From: a virus
DNA length: 64,000 bases
Direction: 5' to 3' (one strand)
IMG/VR virus record: IMGVR_UViG_3300018868_001080
Part shown: piece after piece, positions 37,904-48,406 of the stretch
How the letters are laid out: each line of letters opens with the position of its first letter
Position numbering within the stretch: the stretch's first letter is position 1
Position numbers and translations under genes: made by a program
The notes under the pieces: generated by a model
Database searches by the model: none
What the model was told of the DNA's origin: nothing
Seen by the model: the letters and a program-made list of their open reading frames with translations, nothing else

Positions 37904-38792
37904 TGCATTTCTTATTATGCATGTGTAGGTTGAAGATAGGAATCTTCTTATCCTTATAAATCACATAGGGTTTCTTATCAAATCCTACTGAGATGCTTTT
38001 CTCGATGAGCTCCTTGCCAACATAGTGACGGTATTCCACATAGCCTGGTGGATGGTTTTGATTAGTACCACCGAGAAACATGCCATAGGGATTAGGATCA
38101 AAAAGCATCTGCATTTCGTTAAAATTTTCAGAAAACGGTCCTGATGGCACACATGGTAGCATTTTATAATTTTTTCCGTATTTGTAGATTAAGTCGAGCA
38201 AGGCCATGTCTGTAATCCAGCTATAAAAATGCCCAACATGACTGCGTAGAGCTTCCTCACCTTTCTTGATGAGCTTCACATGAAGGTCCAGAAGTGTCTG
38301 TGCTGCTGCACTATCTTTTACAAAGATACAGCATGGTGCAGAAGCGGACGGCGCTTCATTGCAAAATCCAAACTCACCTGGTTTAAAAAATTTGCTTATG
38401 TTTGAAATATCATCAAATATAAGATTGTCACCTTCCAGATGCAGAGTATCTTTGAGGTCTCTTTTGATGATAAAAATGAGAAATAGGAATACACGAATTG
38501 TTGTGTTGAACCAGAATGCATCAGTCATATACCTGGGCCATTTTGTTTTAAATATATGAATAATTTCTTTATACTCCTCTGTCTGAAGCAGTGGTTCCAC
38601 ATCCACAGAATTTTCGTGCTTGTATTTTTCTTGTAAAATAATATATGCATTATCTGCATGTTTTTTATTAAAAGCAAGTGTCTGTTTGTAGTAATCAGGC
38701 AGAGAGGCAGGTGCGTAGATATTTTCCTCACTACTAGGAATACTGGTGGGTAGAAATGTTCTGTCTAGAAAGAACGAAACCAAATTACTCAT
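37875..38792 (-). CDS. Putative glycosyltransferase-like protein
   Basis: FWFNTTIR, HLEGDNL, NLHMH; island context. Confidence 0.5.
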   Translation of the reverse strand: MSNLVSFFLDRTFLPTSIPSSEENIYAPASLPDYYKQTLAFNKKHADNAYIILQEKYKHENSVDVEPLLQTEEYKEIIHIFKTKWPRYMTDAFWFNTTIRVFLFLIFIIKRDLKDTLHLEGDNLIFDDISNISKFFKPGEFGFCNEAPSASAPCCIFVKDSAAAQTLLDLHVKLIKKGEEALRSHVGHFYSWITDMALLDLIYKYGKNYKMLPCVPSGPFSENFNEMQMLFDPNPYGMFLGGTNQNHPPGYVEYRHYVGKELIEKSISVGFDKKPYVIYKDKKIPIFNLHMHNKKCIEEFIKKSE

Positions 38793-39588
38793 ATTTTTTA
38801 GTAAAAAATGCCTTGGTCAGATCTTTTTTGTCATATTGATGCACAATGGCAAAAGGTTGTTGACCTGGCTTGGTAAGCAGATTGTTGCATATCCATTTTT
38901 CACTCAAATCATTTTTCTCATCAGCTGCAGACAGGTGTATTAAGAATTCATCTCCATGCGGGAGAATCTCTAGCTGCAGACTCTTCCTCACATATGTTAA
39001 GAGATTTAAAATAACTTGATCGTATGCAAAATAATTTCTTTGTGGTAGAATGATGCTCAGCTCTGTTGCAACTTGCTTTTGATAATCAATTAGCTTGTCA
39101 ATATTACCAATGGTAACGCCACAATTCAAAATCTTCTTGTCCTTTACCCCATCGTAACTCTCACTGTACCCGAACTTGTACCAAGTTGTGTTGGTGTCAC
39201 AGTCTCTAAAATAGTTTCGTTCTTCTGCAAGCACAGTGCTGTTTGCAGGGAATTTTTTTGCATATTCAACAAAGGGGTCTTTTTGAAAAATGACATCCAC
39301 ATCTGTCATCAAAGCTGTCTGACAATTCGTTTGTGCTTTGATCTCTTTCAAGAGAAGATAAAATACAATGGGTTTTAAATTGTACGGTGTGAGGCTTCTA
39401 ATATTATGTTTTTCGGCAAATTTATAGTAATTTATTATTTGTATCTTCTTTTGATCAATTGGCAGGCTCGAGCAATCCAGATCAGTTACAAGGAATAAAA
39501 CACCATCCACATTGTCATTAAAGCTCTTGAGAAATGGTTTCAAGTAGTTGTAGTTAAACCCCAGAGATAGTGCAATAGTACAATTCAT
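38785..39588 (-). CDS. Putative GT-A glycosyltransferase
   Basis: TDVDVIFQKDPF, LNCGV, DQVILN, VHQYD. Confidence 0.7.
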   Translation of the reverse strand: MNCTIALSLGFNYNYLKPFLKSFNDNVDGVLFLVTDLDCSSLPIDQKKIQIINYYKFAEKHNIRSLTPYNLKPIVFYLLLKEIKAQTNCQTALMTDVDVIFQKDPFVEYAKKFPANSTVLAEERNYFRDCDTNTTWYKFGYSESYDGVKDKKILNCGVTIGNIDKLIDYQKQVATELSIILPQRNYFAYDQVILNLLTYVRKSLQLEILPHGDEFLIHLSAADEKNDLSEKWICNNLLTKPGQQPFAIVHQYDKKDLTKAFFTKKYE

Positions 39589-40448
39589 TGTGTTAGTTTA
39601 AAGTAGTGTTGCTCTAATTCAACTTCATTTTCAAAAGGTTGGTACCACCTGCAATTGTTTACTGTGGGTCGCTTCTCCAGAACATTGAACACATAATTCC
39701 ACCAAATACGATTGACAATAGGGTCGCGTCTAAATACATCTTCAGTATAATAATTTTCAACAAATGCTTTGTCACTGGAACAACCATCATGATTTATATG
39801 AAAGGAAACAAAAGGTAATTTGTTTAGATTCTTGCATTTACACAAGCAATTGAGCATGGTGAAGAAATATGTATCCCAATAATTGTGACCAAGTATGAAC
39901 TGTTTAAGAGATTTTGTTACACGCTTCCATGTGCTGTTTTTAATTGCAAAAGCATCAAACCCGTGCACTGAGTATGCATCTGCAACAGGTGTATCGTCAA
40001 GTGATTTAATATTGCTAATGCAGGCTTTGCTTGAGGGATAACACTCATACTCTGCAGTAATGTGCTTGATGAACCTATCAGAAATTATTATGTCACTGTT
40101 TGTGAATAAGAAATAGTCACTATCAATATCTGACATGACATCAAATATTTCATTTACAATTGGTAATTCTCTCTTGTTGTTGTTGATATCATTTTCTCTC
40201 AAACTATACTCTTGTGATAGATGGGCTTGTTTAAAATACTCCTTTACAACTGCATTTGACTTCTTTTTTAATTTGTTGATGGTAATGAATCCATCATAAA
40301 CTAATTGATCTTCTTGAAACGTTATTATATACAGTTCAACGTTTTTAAATTTTTGCTTTAATTTTTGCAAGCTCTCAATGCACAGCATTTCACGATGATT
40401 CAATCTATCGTAAGGCTTGAAAGCATTTATACCAATTGCAATTTTCAT
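39585..40448 (-). CDS. Putative glycosyltransferase
   Basis: FTNSDII, GFDAF, YWD. Confidence 0.6.
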   Translation of the reverse strand: MKIAIGINAFKPYDRLNHREMLCIESLQKLKQKFKNVELYIITFQEDQLVYDGFITINKLKKKSNAVVKEYFKQAHLSQEYSLRENDINNNKRELPIVNEIFDVMSDIDSDYFLFTNSDIIISDRFIKHITAEYECYPSSKACISNIKSLDDTPVADAYSVHGFDAFAIKNSTWKRVTKSLKQFILGHNYWDTYFFTMLNCLCKCKNLNKLPFVSFHINHDGCSSDKAFVENYYTEDVFRRDPIVNRIWWNYVFNVLEKRPTVNNCRWYQPFENEVELEQHYFKLTQ

Positions 40449-41227
40449 GGTTTAATTTGCTTCAAAAAGCTAACAACCTCTTGCTTTGTTTTGATGGGTA
40501 TTTGATTCACCATGACACCGTGTTTTTTAACAAAATATTCCCACTCTTTATGAATTTTTAGAGTACGAGAGCCATCAGGATTATCTGGGGCATCAATGCG
40601 GCTGCTCGTCTCTGGGTTATTCATAATGTAATTATCTGAATTTGTTAAATCTGCAAACCACCAGAACGGCGCTGCATAATCTCCACGCACAGACTCTCTA
40701 TATGTGAGGTCAACATCCCATGCAAACCTATATCCAGTGTCATATAAGCCAGTCTTGCTGTAGCACGAAGCATGATGATATGTGAACTCGTTGCACATGT
40801 TTGGATAAAATGAAATGCTTGTATCTTTGCTATATTCTACAGTTAGTTTTGGTGTTCGTTTTTCTGGTGCACCAGATTCCCAGGATGTACTCACAAATGA
40901 AAAGTACTTCAAGTTGCTTGCTTTGGATGCCTCAATATATTTGTAGAATATATTCTTGTCTTTGATGATCATGTCATCTTCAATTATAAAAATATGATCA
41001 CATTTTTTTTCCAAAAGAAAATTAATACAATCATTTCTGCATACACTTGGATACCTATTTTTGTGATGCTGTATCCAATCAGAATCATATTTTTTAGAAT
41101 ATTCTTTCCCACCATTAACTGTCACAAGTTCATCAATTGTATCACGTGGTAGAGAATTGTACAATGCATCATAATAATGCTCAGTATTATATGTGGTGAT
41201 ACCTACTCCAATTTTCTGTGTGTTCAT
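40445..41227 (-). CDS. GT2 family glycosyltransferase
   Basis: GVGITTYN, VNGG, FIIEDDM. Confidence 0.8.
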   Translation of the reverse strand: MNTQKIGVGITTYNTEHYYDALYNSLPRDTIDELVTVNGGKEYSKKYDSDWIQHHKNRYPSVCRNDCINFLLEKKCDHIFIIEDDMIIKDKNIFYKYIEASKASNLKYFSFVSTSWESGAPEKRTPKLTVEYSKDTSISFYPNMCNEFTYHHASCYSKTGLYDTGYRFAWDVDLTYRESVRGDYAAPFWWFADLTNSDNYIMNNPETSSRIDAPDNPDGSRTLKIHKEWEYFVKKHGVMVNQIPIKTKQEVVSFLKQIKP

Positions 41228-41988
41228 AATGATTTAAAATATTCAATAACCTTATCCAAGCCATCATATGGCTGACCAGGGTCTGTAACATCAATATTAT
41301 ATTTTTGTTTGAATCTATCCACACCATTTCTAAAATTCTTCATCCAATCACCTTTCCTTATGGTAGATTTATCATGATGGTAGTCTTGATCAACAATGTA
41401 TTGGTTGCTGTTCTCTAGGTCAATGAACCAACGGAACGGTGGGTGGTATCCATGCCTTATAGCATTCATGGTATGATCCACATGCTCCATGGCATTGACA
41501 TATTGCTCATCCATCAATCCTATTTGGTCAAAGACTGATTTGTGGTAATAACTGCATGCTCCATACACATTAAAATACAGAGCCACTCTTTGTCCTCGTA
41601 TTTCAAAGATTTTGCGGGGGATTGGCACATTGTTCTGTTTGTTATCTTGACCATGTAAGCAGTAGTTAAAATGCTTCACTCTGGTCTTTTTGCTTGCTGC
41701 AACATATGCAGCAAATGCATTGTCAAGAAAAACAACATCATCCTCCACAAGAAAAATGTGATCGCAACCTTTTGCCAAGAGAAATTCTATGGCTTTGTTC
41801 TTTGACTTGCCAACACCTAGATTCACTTCATTATTAATAATATGCATACCTGGTTGCATAATTTTATCAAATCCATCATTAACAACAACTAATTCATCAT
41901 ACCAATCTGGCTTGAGACTTTTGATGCATTCTCTAAGAAATGATGGCCGATCACAAGTGATAACACCTATCCCAGTTTTTTCTTTCAT
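41224..41988 (-). CDS. GT2 family glycosyltransferase (paralogue of its neighbour)
   Basis: GVITCDRP, VVNDG, FLVEDDV, IGLMDE. Confidence 0.85.
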   Translation of the reverse strand: MKEKTGIGVITCDRPSFLRECIKSLKPDWYDELVVVNDGFDKIMQPGMHIINNEVNLGVGKSKNKAIEFLLAKGCDHIFLVEDDVVFLDNAFAAYVAASKKTRVKHFNYCLHGQDNKQNNVPIPRKIFEIRGQRVALYFNVYGACSYYHKSVFDQIGLMDEQYVNAMEHVDHTMNAIRHGYHPPFRWFIDLENSNQYIVDQDYHHDKSTIRKGDWMKNFRNGVDRFKQKYNIDVTDPGQPYDGLDKVIEYFKSL

Positions 41989-42016
41989 CTCTTGTATTGT
42001 ATATTAAATAATAGAG

Positions 42017-42742
42017 ATGTCAAACAATAGTAATTATGTCAACATATCAGATCTACCTGTAATACCCGAAATAGCACCTGGTGATTATTTTGTAGTTAAA
42101 ACACCACAAGGCCAGGCTCTCATAGATTATGCAGATCTGCCATTTACCACAGTTTCAGGCAACAACGTCACCATATTCGGATCACTCTCTTCAAATTCCC
42201 TTACTGTGAGTACATCCATTTCAGCAGCATCAGCATACATTACCCAAATATATGTTGATGGTGTTTCTGGTCTTAACACAACAGGCAACTATAACACATT
42301 TGACATACGCTCAGGTATCATTGTGGATGTAGGCAACACCACTTCAGATTACATCATCTCATTGAGTGCAACTACAGACACAAAATTGAATGCTGTTTCA
42401 GCTGCAGTGCCAAAAATCTTTACTGACAGTGGAATTATATATATTAATGCTTCTGTTTCAGCACCCTCATTCTCAGAGGTGTGCATTGGCAACAATAATG
42501 TGCCGCAGAATTTGTTCATTCAGCCAGATGACATAAACATTCAGTACCTGTTTAATACTGAATTGGATTCGTTTCTCTTGACCAATTATCTCTCATCCAT
42601 ACCCATGGTATATATTGAGGAGAATGTGAGTAACAGTTACACCAATAGTAACAGTAAAATTCAGTTCAGAGCCGTATTCAGACCGCCACTCAAGAGTAGT
42701 GCCAGGGTAGCATGGAACATAGCAAAAGTATATTCTAGCTGA
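42017..42742 (+). CDS. Late structural-like protein
   Basis: NISDLP N-terminus, S/T-rich, TAAATA-N6-ATG. Confidence 0.55.
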   Translation: MSNNSNYVNISDLPVIPEIAPGDYFVVKTPQGQALIDYADLPFTTVSGNNVTIFGSLSSNSLTVSTSISAASAYITQIYVDGVSGLNTTGNYNTFDIRSGIIVDVGNTTSDYIISLSATTDTKLNAVSAAVPKIFTDSGIIYINASVSAPSFSEVCIGNNNVPQNLFIQPDDINIQYLFNTELDSFLLTNYLSSIPMVYIEENVSNSYTNSNSKIQFRAVFRPPLKSSARVAWNIAKVYSS

Positions 42743-43500
42743 TGGACACTGTAATCACATCGTTGCTGTCATCAGATTTATTTCTTATTGAAACGCCTAG
42801 CGGCACAGGCACAATAGATGCATCTCAAGTTAATTATGTTTCAACACAATTTCAAAAAATTTATTCCCTCATCGGTACATACTCACTCAATGTGCGGGAA
42901 GCTACAGCCAACACTTTAACTGTGCAGAGAATTAAGCCTTTTACTACTAACGTTGCTACAGTCACAGGCAACTTCAACACCTTTGTGTACAATTCCGGGT
43001 TAATTGTATCTGCATACAACACAACAAGCTCAGAAGTTAACTCCATAAGCTCCACCATAACCAGAGAGATAAGCGCGCTGTCTGCATCCGTGTACAATGT
43101 ATTCTTTGAATCAGGTACTGCCAGAATCCCTCAATACATACATCAATACAATGTTAATCAGTCCACACAAATAACTTTAACAGGTGCAAAGACTGTACCG
43201 GCTGGTGTTGTCATTGCTGCACAAAACATAAGGTTCAAAGTTTTGTTTGATGGTTTCACTGACATTGGCGATAACACTTTTGTGACATACAACACAGCTT
43301 TTCCGTTTGTATATTTGAAAGATTTTGATTATACCATGTCTAACGGTTTTGACAAAAAGAATGATGATAATGGTAATGATTATGTGGACCCAGCCACACG
43401 ACAAGTTGTATTGCCAATAATAATTGCAAATATGCCTGCTGCAGGCGACCCCGCAAGTGGTGGTGTGCTGTTCACCTGGAAAGTCCAGAAATTTTACTAA
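42742..43500 (+). CDS. Structural-like protein, paralogue of the upstream gene
   Basis: Shared D.F...TP.G...ID, GN.NTF....G.IV....T.S, L.A.SA.V...F..SG. Confidence 0.55.
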   Translation: MDTVITSLLSSDLFLIETPSGTGTIDASQVNYVSTQFQKIYSLIGTYSLNVREATANTLTVQRIKPFTTNVATVTGNFNTFVYNSGLIVSAYNTTSSEVNSISSTITREISALSASVYNVFFESGTARIPQYIHQYNVNQSTQITLTGAKTVPAGVVIAAQNIRFKVLFDGFTDIGDNTFVTYNTAFPFVYLKDFDYTMSNGFDKKNDDNGNDYVDPATRQVVLPIIIANMPAAGDPASGGVLFTWKVQKFY

Positions 43501-43715
43501 TTGTTTTTGGAGTGAAAGTGCAGAGCTTTGGATATTTTATCCAAGATTACTTTGGGGCTGTGCCCTTCGCCCATGAGTCTGTTAAATTCTAGTTTGAATG
43601 CTTTAATAAATTCACTGGATAGCTGCAGATTGCGTGGATAAAATAACCGTCTCTTGAAGGTGATGGAACCGTAGCCCTCAAACAGGGCAGCAAATTTCTT
43701 GTTGAAACGGCTCAC
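43497..43715 (-). CDS. Small late protein
   Basis: TAAATA-N5-GTG. Confidence 0.55.
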   Translation of the reverse strand: MSRFNKKFAALFEGYGSITFKRRLFYPRNLQLSSEFIKAFKLEFNRLMGEGHSPKVILDKISKALHFHSKNN

Positions 43716-43723
43716 ACATATAT

Positions 43724-44470
43724 TTATCTTTTGGGTATGATAAGATTGCTGTAAAAGGATTTTTCATGCTTCTCTTTTTCAGATATCTGTTTCTGTGTGT
43801 TAATCAACTCCTCCATTTGCGAGGATGCTTGTATATCACTGATTACACTCTGATCTTCACCAATTAGATCGCCGTTCACATTGAGGTAATACCTCACCAA
43901 TTGTATTCTTTCCTCAGGCTTGCCAAAAATTTCCACTATGCCAGGTGAATCATCCTTGGGAAAAAACACAGACACACCTGTTTTTTGAATTTGTTGCACA
44001 ATGGTTTTGAATATGTTGTCTATTTCTTTGATGTAGACTTCATCTATCTCGCGCTTGTCATCTTGCACAACGGGCACAGGTGCTACACGTGTTATAGGTG
44101 TGAAGAATATGATGTCCAGATAGCGCATAGACTCACGCACCAACGGTATGCACTTGTCAATGAATTTGTCATCAAATTTATCGGGAGTCTTGCTGTTGCC
44201 CCAAAGAGAGTATATGATGTTATCCAAGGGACAACGGTCAAATATGATTTTGCTTCCCCTTTCACAATTTTTCTGCATGTCATCAATCATGCAGTTTAGT
44301 ATCTTCCACTGCAGATCTGGTGTGGATTCCTTGCTATGGGGTGCCTTCTCTTGCTTCAATATTTTTCTGTAACTTGAATCAATCTGTTTGTAGGATGGCC
44401 ATTCCTTTATGAAATCATTTATGAAGGTTGTTTTGCCTTGACAAGCGGATCCAGATACAGCAATTCTCAT
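43724..44470 (-). CDS. P-loop nucleotide kinase (start revised to MRIAVSG)
   Basis: GSACQGKTT, FDRCPLD, DDKRE. Confidence 0.8.
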   Translation of the reverse strand: MRIAVSGSACQGKTTFINDFIKEWPSYKQIDSSYRKILKQEKAPHSKESTPDLQWKILNCMIDDMQKNCERGSKIIFDRCPLDNIIYSLWGNSKTPDKFDDKFIDKCIPLVRESMRYLDIIFFTPITRVAPVPVVQDDKREIDEVYIKEIDNIFKTIVQQIQKTGVSVFFPKDDSPGIVEIFGKPEERIQLVRYYLNVNGDLIGEDQSVISDIQASSQMEELINTQKQISEKEKHEKSFYSNLIIPKR

Positions 44471-44524
44471 AACATATTTTACAGTTAATTTCAATATTTG
44501 CAAGCCTGCTTAAATAACATTATT

Positions 44525-45973
44525 ATGTGCGGTTTTCTAGTAACAAACAAGCCAGTGTCAGATGCAGAATTGGACCATGCAAATTTTTATATCAAATTCA
44601 GGGGGCCTGATCATACCGAGAAAACAAAAATAGAAAATATTAGCTTCATACACAACCTGCTCAGTCTCACAGGAGAATTTAGACCCCAGCCAATTTTTAA
44701 AGATAATATAGCTGTGGTCTATAACGGTGAAATTTATAATTTTAAGGAATTAGATAAAGATGCAAAATCAGACGGTGATGTAATTATTCCACTGTACAAA
44801 GAATATGGTGCCAATTTTCTTGATAAACTTGATGGTGAGTTCTCCATAGTGCTTATTGATTTTAATACAAACAAAGCAATATTAGCTGTTGACACCTTTG
44901 AAACAAAACCTCTGTATGTTGCACACAAGGGCCCATACTTTGGTGCTGCATCTCTGAGAAGCGGTTTAGTAAGGCTGGGATTCAAACATATAAGAGAATT
45001 GAGATGCAATACAGGTATAATATATAATATAAAGTCACTAGCAGTTGAGGACATATTTGAAATACATAAGTTTGATGTTGAAAATGAGCACAAGAAAACC
45101 TTTGATGATTGGCATAATGCCTTTGAAGCAGCAGTTTTGAAGCGGCTAAAATATGTGGATCTTAAGAAAACTGGAGTTGGTCTGCACTTAAGTGAGGGTC
45201 ATGACAGTGGCTCTATTGCAGCGTGCCTTAAAAAATACAACCTTTCGGATGATATCTTAATACATTCTTTCATAACACAGGATATGCATCCTGAAGTCTT
45301 GAGGTGGAGACATGGGCTTGATCAGGATACTTTGCCAAAGAATGGCAGTGGAGAAATTTTTAAATCTCCAAATTTTAAACGATCCATACTTGATAGTATA
45401 AGAGAGGAGGATTTTGTTTTGAGCAATATTTTATATAAGAAAAGAGTTGAGGATTTTGATTATTTTACAATGACACCCGAAGCAAAGCTGGAAGTAAGAA
45501 ATTCCTACTATCATTTCACAAGAAATATGTACCATCTTATATACAGAGCTAGATTGAAACATAGTTGCAGAATAGGGCTGGGTGGTTATGGTGGTGATGG
45601 TGTGTCAAGTGCGTGGGTAAATAAAATTTATAAGAAATATGGAAGCATATGGCCTATTATTAATTTCAGGGATAACTCGATGTATCTATCAGATATAATA
45701 GCAGGTTCTCTGGGAGTTGAAGTAAGAAACCCTTACATGGATAAAGCATTATGGCAGGAGTCTTTCTGGATGGATAAATCTGTCTATAGAAATGAAAACA
45801 ATAATCATAAACCACCATTGCATGACTATCTTGAGAAAGAGAAATTTCCATTTTATAAGAGAGATAAAAACAACGATATAGAGTTCTTCTGGATTGGATT
45901 CGGTAATTTTCTGAACTTTAACTCAGTACATAAAGACCCTATTTATGTACCGCAACCTGATATTACACTTTAA
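44525..45973 (+). CDS. Asparagine synthetase-like class II glutamine amidotransferase/ATP pyrophosphatase
   Basis: N-terminal MCG, RGPD, YNGEIYN, LSEGHDS PP-loop, GYGGD, EVRNPY. Confidence 0.85.
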   Translation: MCGFLVTNKPVSDAELDHANFYIKFRGPDHTEKTKIENISFIHNLLSLTGEFRPQPIFKDNIAVVYNGEIYNFKELDKDAKSDGDVIIPLYKEYGANFLDKLDGEFSIVLIDFNTNKAILAVDTFETKPLYVAHKGPYFGAASLRSGLVRLGFKHIRELRCNTGIIYNIKSLAVEDIFEIHKFDVENEHKKTFDDWHNAFEAAVLKRLKYVDLKKTGVGLHLSEGHDSGSIAACLKKYNLSDDILIHSFITQDMHPEVLRWRHGLDQDTLPKNGSGEIFKSPNFKRSILDSIREEDFVLSNILYKKRVEDFDYFTMTPEAKLEVRNSYYHFTRNMYHLIYRARLKHSCRIGLGGYGGDGVSSAWVNKIYKKYGSIWPIINFRDNSMYLSDIIAGSLGVEVRNPYMDKALWQESFWMDKSVYRNENNNHKPPLHDYLEKEKFPFYKRDKNNDIEFFWIGFGNFLNFNSVHKDPIYVPQPDITL

Positions 45974-46715
45974 GTGCTTTGTCCCAAATTACAAGCTGCA
46001 GACGCGGGCTAAAATTGAACATGTGCTTCTTGCAAAGATCGGCTACCATGGCCGCCTTTTCTGCTAATTCTGCCCTGCTGCCACAACAAGGCATCAACCA
46101 TACACGATTCTTTGGCACATTAACGTCAGGGTTGTTTATATACTTCTCCAGGATTTCCTGCACATCAGATTCACCGCTAACAACAAACTTGAACCCTGAC
46201 CCATTCTCTGCATGCCACTTTAAAACAGCGGGCTTGTATCTCTTTTCAACAGCATCCCCATTATTAGACAGTTTTGGTGATGTTGTGAACGTTGCCCTAT
46301 ATTCTGTTAGCCAGGCTTCATCCGGCAGAATGGTTGCATTGGTTTCAAAATCAATAACCGGCGTGTATCCAAATCGGTCTGCATACGAGCGCACTAATTT
46401 GAGCAATTGCTTCTGTTGAATGAGTGGTTCACCGCCAGTGATCTTCCATATGGCACCCTCGCGCAACTTGCACTCATATCCCTCTTGCAACAACAGATCC
46501 AATATGCTGTCCAAAGTCAACTTGTTCTTTACAGACCAGCTCACAAAGCTGTCACAACCATGTGGTGCAGCTGCAGAAGCAAATCCTTTGCATGTGAGGT
46601 TGCACATAGAAAGGCGCATGAACACAGAAGGCATGCCGGCATATTCACCTTCACCTTCAATGGTGTAAAAAATCTTATCATCACTAAGAAATAGTGTATC
46701 AATTGCATCAGTCAT
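45963..46715 (-). CDS. queE: 7-carboxy-7-deazaguanine synthase
   Basis: FYTIEGEG..GMPSVFMR..CNLTC..CDS, TGGEP, FETN, SPKL, SPRLQ. Confidence 0.92.
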   Translation of the reverse strand: MTDAIDTLFLSDDKIFYTIEGEGEYAGMPSVFMRLSMCNLTCKGFASAAAPHGCDSFVSWSVKNKLTLDSILDLLLQEGYECKLREGAIWKITGGEPLIQQKQLLKLVRSYADRFGYTPVIDFETNATILPDEAWLTEYRATFTTSPKLSNNGDAVEKRYKPAVLKWHAENGSGFKFVVSGESDVQEILEKYINNPDVNVPKNRVWLMPCCGSRAELAEKAAMVADLCKKHMFNFSPRLQLVIWDKALKV

Positions 46716-46818
46716 ATGTTTATAATAAATTATATTTCTTTGTTTTCAACTGGTTTCCTTGTTCAATATTATAATATATATGCCTCAAAAGAATGTTGCA
46801 CAGAATAAATAATTACAG

Positions 46819-47562
46819 ATGTCGAAAAAAGACAAGCTGCGTAAAAGAGCTGTAAGACAAGCCAAGGATGAAAACGGTATCATCAAGAATGACATTTTTC
46901 TCAACTTTAAAATTGATCAAAAATTTCACCTAAATGATCATCACAAAGCCTTTGTAGAGAAAGCCATGGCAGACACCTCACAGATTATATTCTGTGATGG
47001 TCCTGCAGGTTCTTCCAAAACATATCTGGCAGTTTATGTGGCTTTGTCCATGTTGCGAGACAAAAAAATAGAGGAAATAGTATACATCCGCAGCATTGTG
47101 GAGTCTGCCACAAGAAAATTAGGCAGCTTGCCTGGTGAAGTGGATGAAAAGTTCAAACCATGGAGCATACCATTAGTGGAGAAATGTGATGAACTTGTGG
47201 GTAAACAAATAACAGAAATGCTTTTTGAAAGCGATTACTTGAAGAGTATTCCAGTAAATTTCTTGCGTGGTTCAACATTTGCAAACAATGTTGTGATAGT
47301 GGATGAAGCGCAAAACTTGGAGCACAGTGAATTGGTCACTATTTTAACCCGGTTTGGCAAAAACTGCAAGCTGTTTGTCATTGGTGATTCCTTGCAATCA
47401 GACATACAGAAATCCGGCTTTGAGAAGATAATGCATGCATTTAATACAGAACAAAGTCATGAGAATGGCATCAGTGCGTTCCATTTCACAGAAGATGACA
47501 TCACACGCAGCAAGCTGCTCAAATTTATTGTGAAGGTTATTGCCAGTATCAAGATGAAGTGA
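46819..47562 (+). CDS. phoH: PhoH-like ATPase
   Basis: GPAGSSKT, LGSLPG, LRGSTF, DEAQN, GDSLQSD. Confidence 0.93.
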   Translation: MSKKDKLRKRAVRQAKDENGIIKNDIFLNFKIDQKFHLNDHHKAFVEKAMADTSQIIFCDGPAGSSKTYLAVYVALSMLRDKKIEEIVYIRSIVESATRKLGSLPGEVDEKFKPWSIPLVEKCDELVGKQITEMLFESDYLKSIPVNFLRGSTFANNVVIVDEAQNLEHSELVTILTRFGKNCKLFVIGDSLQSDIQKSGFEKIMHAFNTEQSHENGISAFHFTEDDITRSKLLKFIVKVIASIKMK

Positions 47563-47761
47563 TTTGAGACAATCTCTCTAATTCTTCAAGCGCTCTGCGA
47601 ATATTCTGTTGTGCCTCTGCACTGTACCCGGATGTAGCATCATGATGTGAATCTGCATCTGTTGCAGTCACCTCTTTGTCACCATTGATTATGGTGTTCA
47701 TTCTGCTCAACACATCTGTCTTGAGCTTTTGCAATTGCGGGTCTTTGTCGCGATGCACCAT
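47549..47761 (-). CDS. Hypothetical protein
   Basis: Abuts the queD stop codon. Confidence 0.5.
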   Translation of the reverse strand: MVHRDKDPQLQKLKTDVLSRMNTIINGDKEVTATDADSHHDATSGYSAEAQQNIRRALEELERLSQITSS

Positions 47762-48400
47762 TCAAGTGCCCCAAGAGGTTCCTGCATAAGGATTGCTTAT
47801 GCCGCGTGTCACTTTGTTGGTGAGCGGTGCACCAGACTCAATGTTCAGACCTGCATTCACTGCAGTTACATTCTGTAGTGCAGGTGGTATGGTAGTTGTA
47901 ACAGTTACTGCAGCTGCATTGCCTGAAGCTATACTGGTAGCGGTATGTGCAGTTTGTGTGGCTGTGGCAATTGCAATTGCAGAATTCTTCTCATGTTCCC
48001 ACACTTCCACCTGTTTAACCCAGCAACGACCATTGGTAAGATGTCTCACATGTCGATCAGCTGTCTCCAAGCACCATTCTGCAGTACGCTCGATGCCTAC
48101 TCCATTTTCCATGATGCGTGGTAATGCTGCACCTGCATGACCCAATGCAATGAATGTATCAAGTAGAGGATCATCACCTGCAATGCATAATGTATGATCA
48201 AATTGATGTTCTAATGCTTGCTTCAATTCCTTGAGACCACCAAAATCTACAACCCAATTTCTTGCATCTAAGTGTTCACACTCAAACCAAAATTTTGCCA
48301 CCAATCGGTAACCATGCACATATTTGCAATGACTGTCTGCTCTCCATTGTCTGAATGCGCAACTTCCCAGCTCTATAATCTTTGTACTTTCATGTTTCAT
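47762..48400 (-). CDS. queD: 6-carboxytetrahydropterin synthase with C-terminal extension
   Basis: HCKYVHGY, VVDFG, FDHT, VWEHEKNSA. Confidence 0.9.
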   Translation of the reverse strand: MKHESTKIIELGSCAFRQWRADSHCKYVHGYRLVAKFWFECEHLDARNWVVDFGGLKELKQALEHQFDHTLCIAGDDPLLDTFIALGHAGAALPRIMENGVGIERTAEWCLETADRHVRHLTNGRCWVKQVEVWEHEKNSAIAIATATQTAHTATSIASGNAAAVTVTTTIPPALQNVTAVNAGLNIESGAPLTNKVTRGISNPYAGTSWGT

Positions 48401-48406
48401 ATTTGA

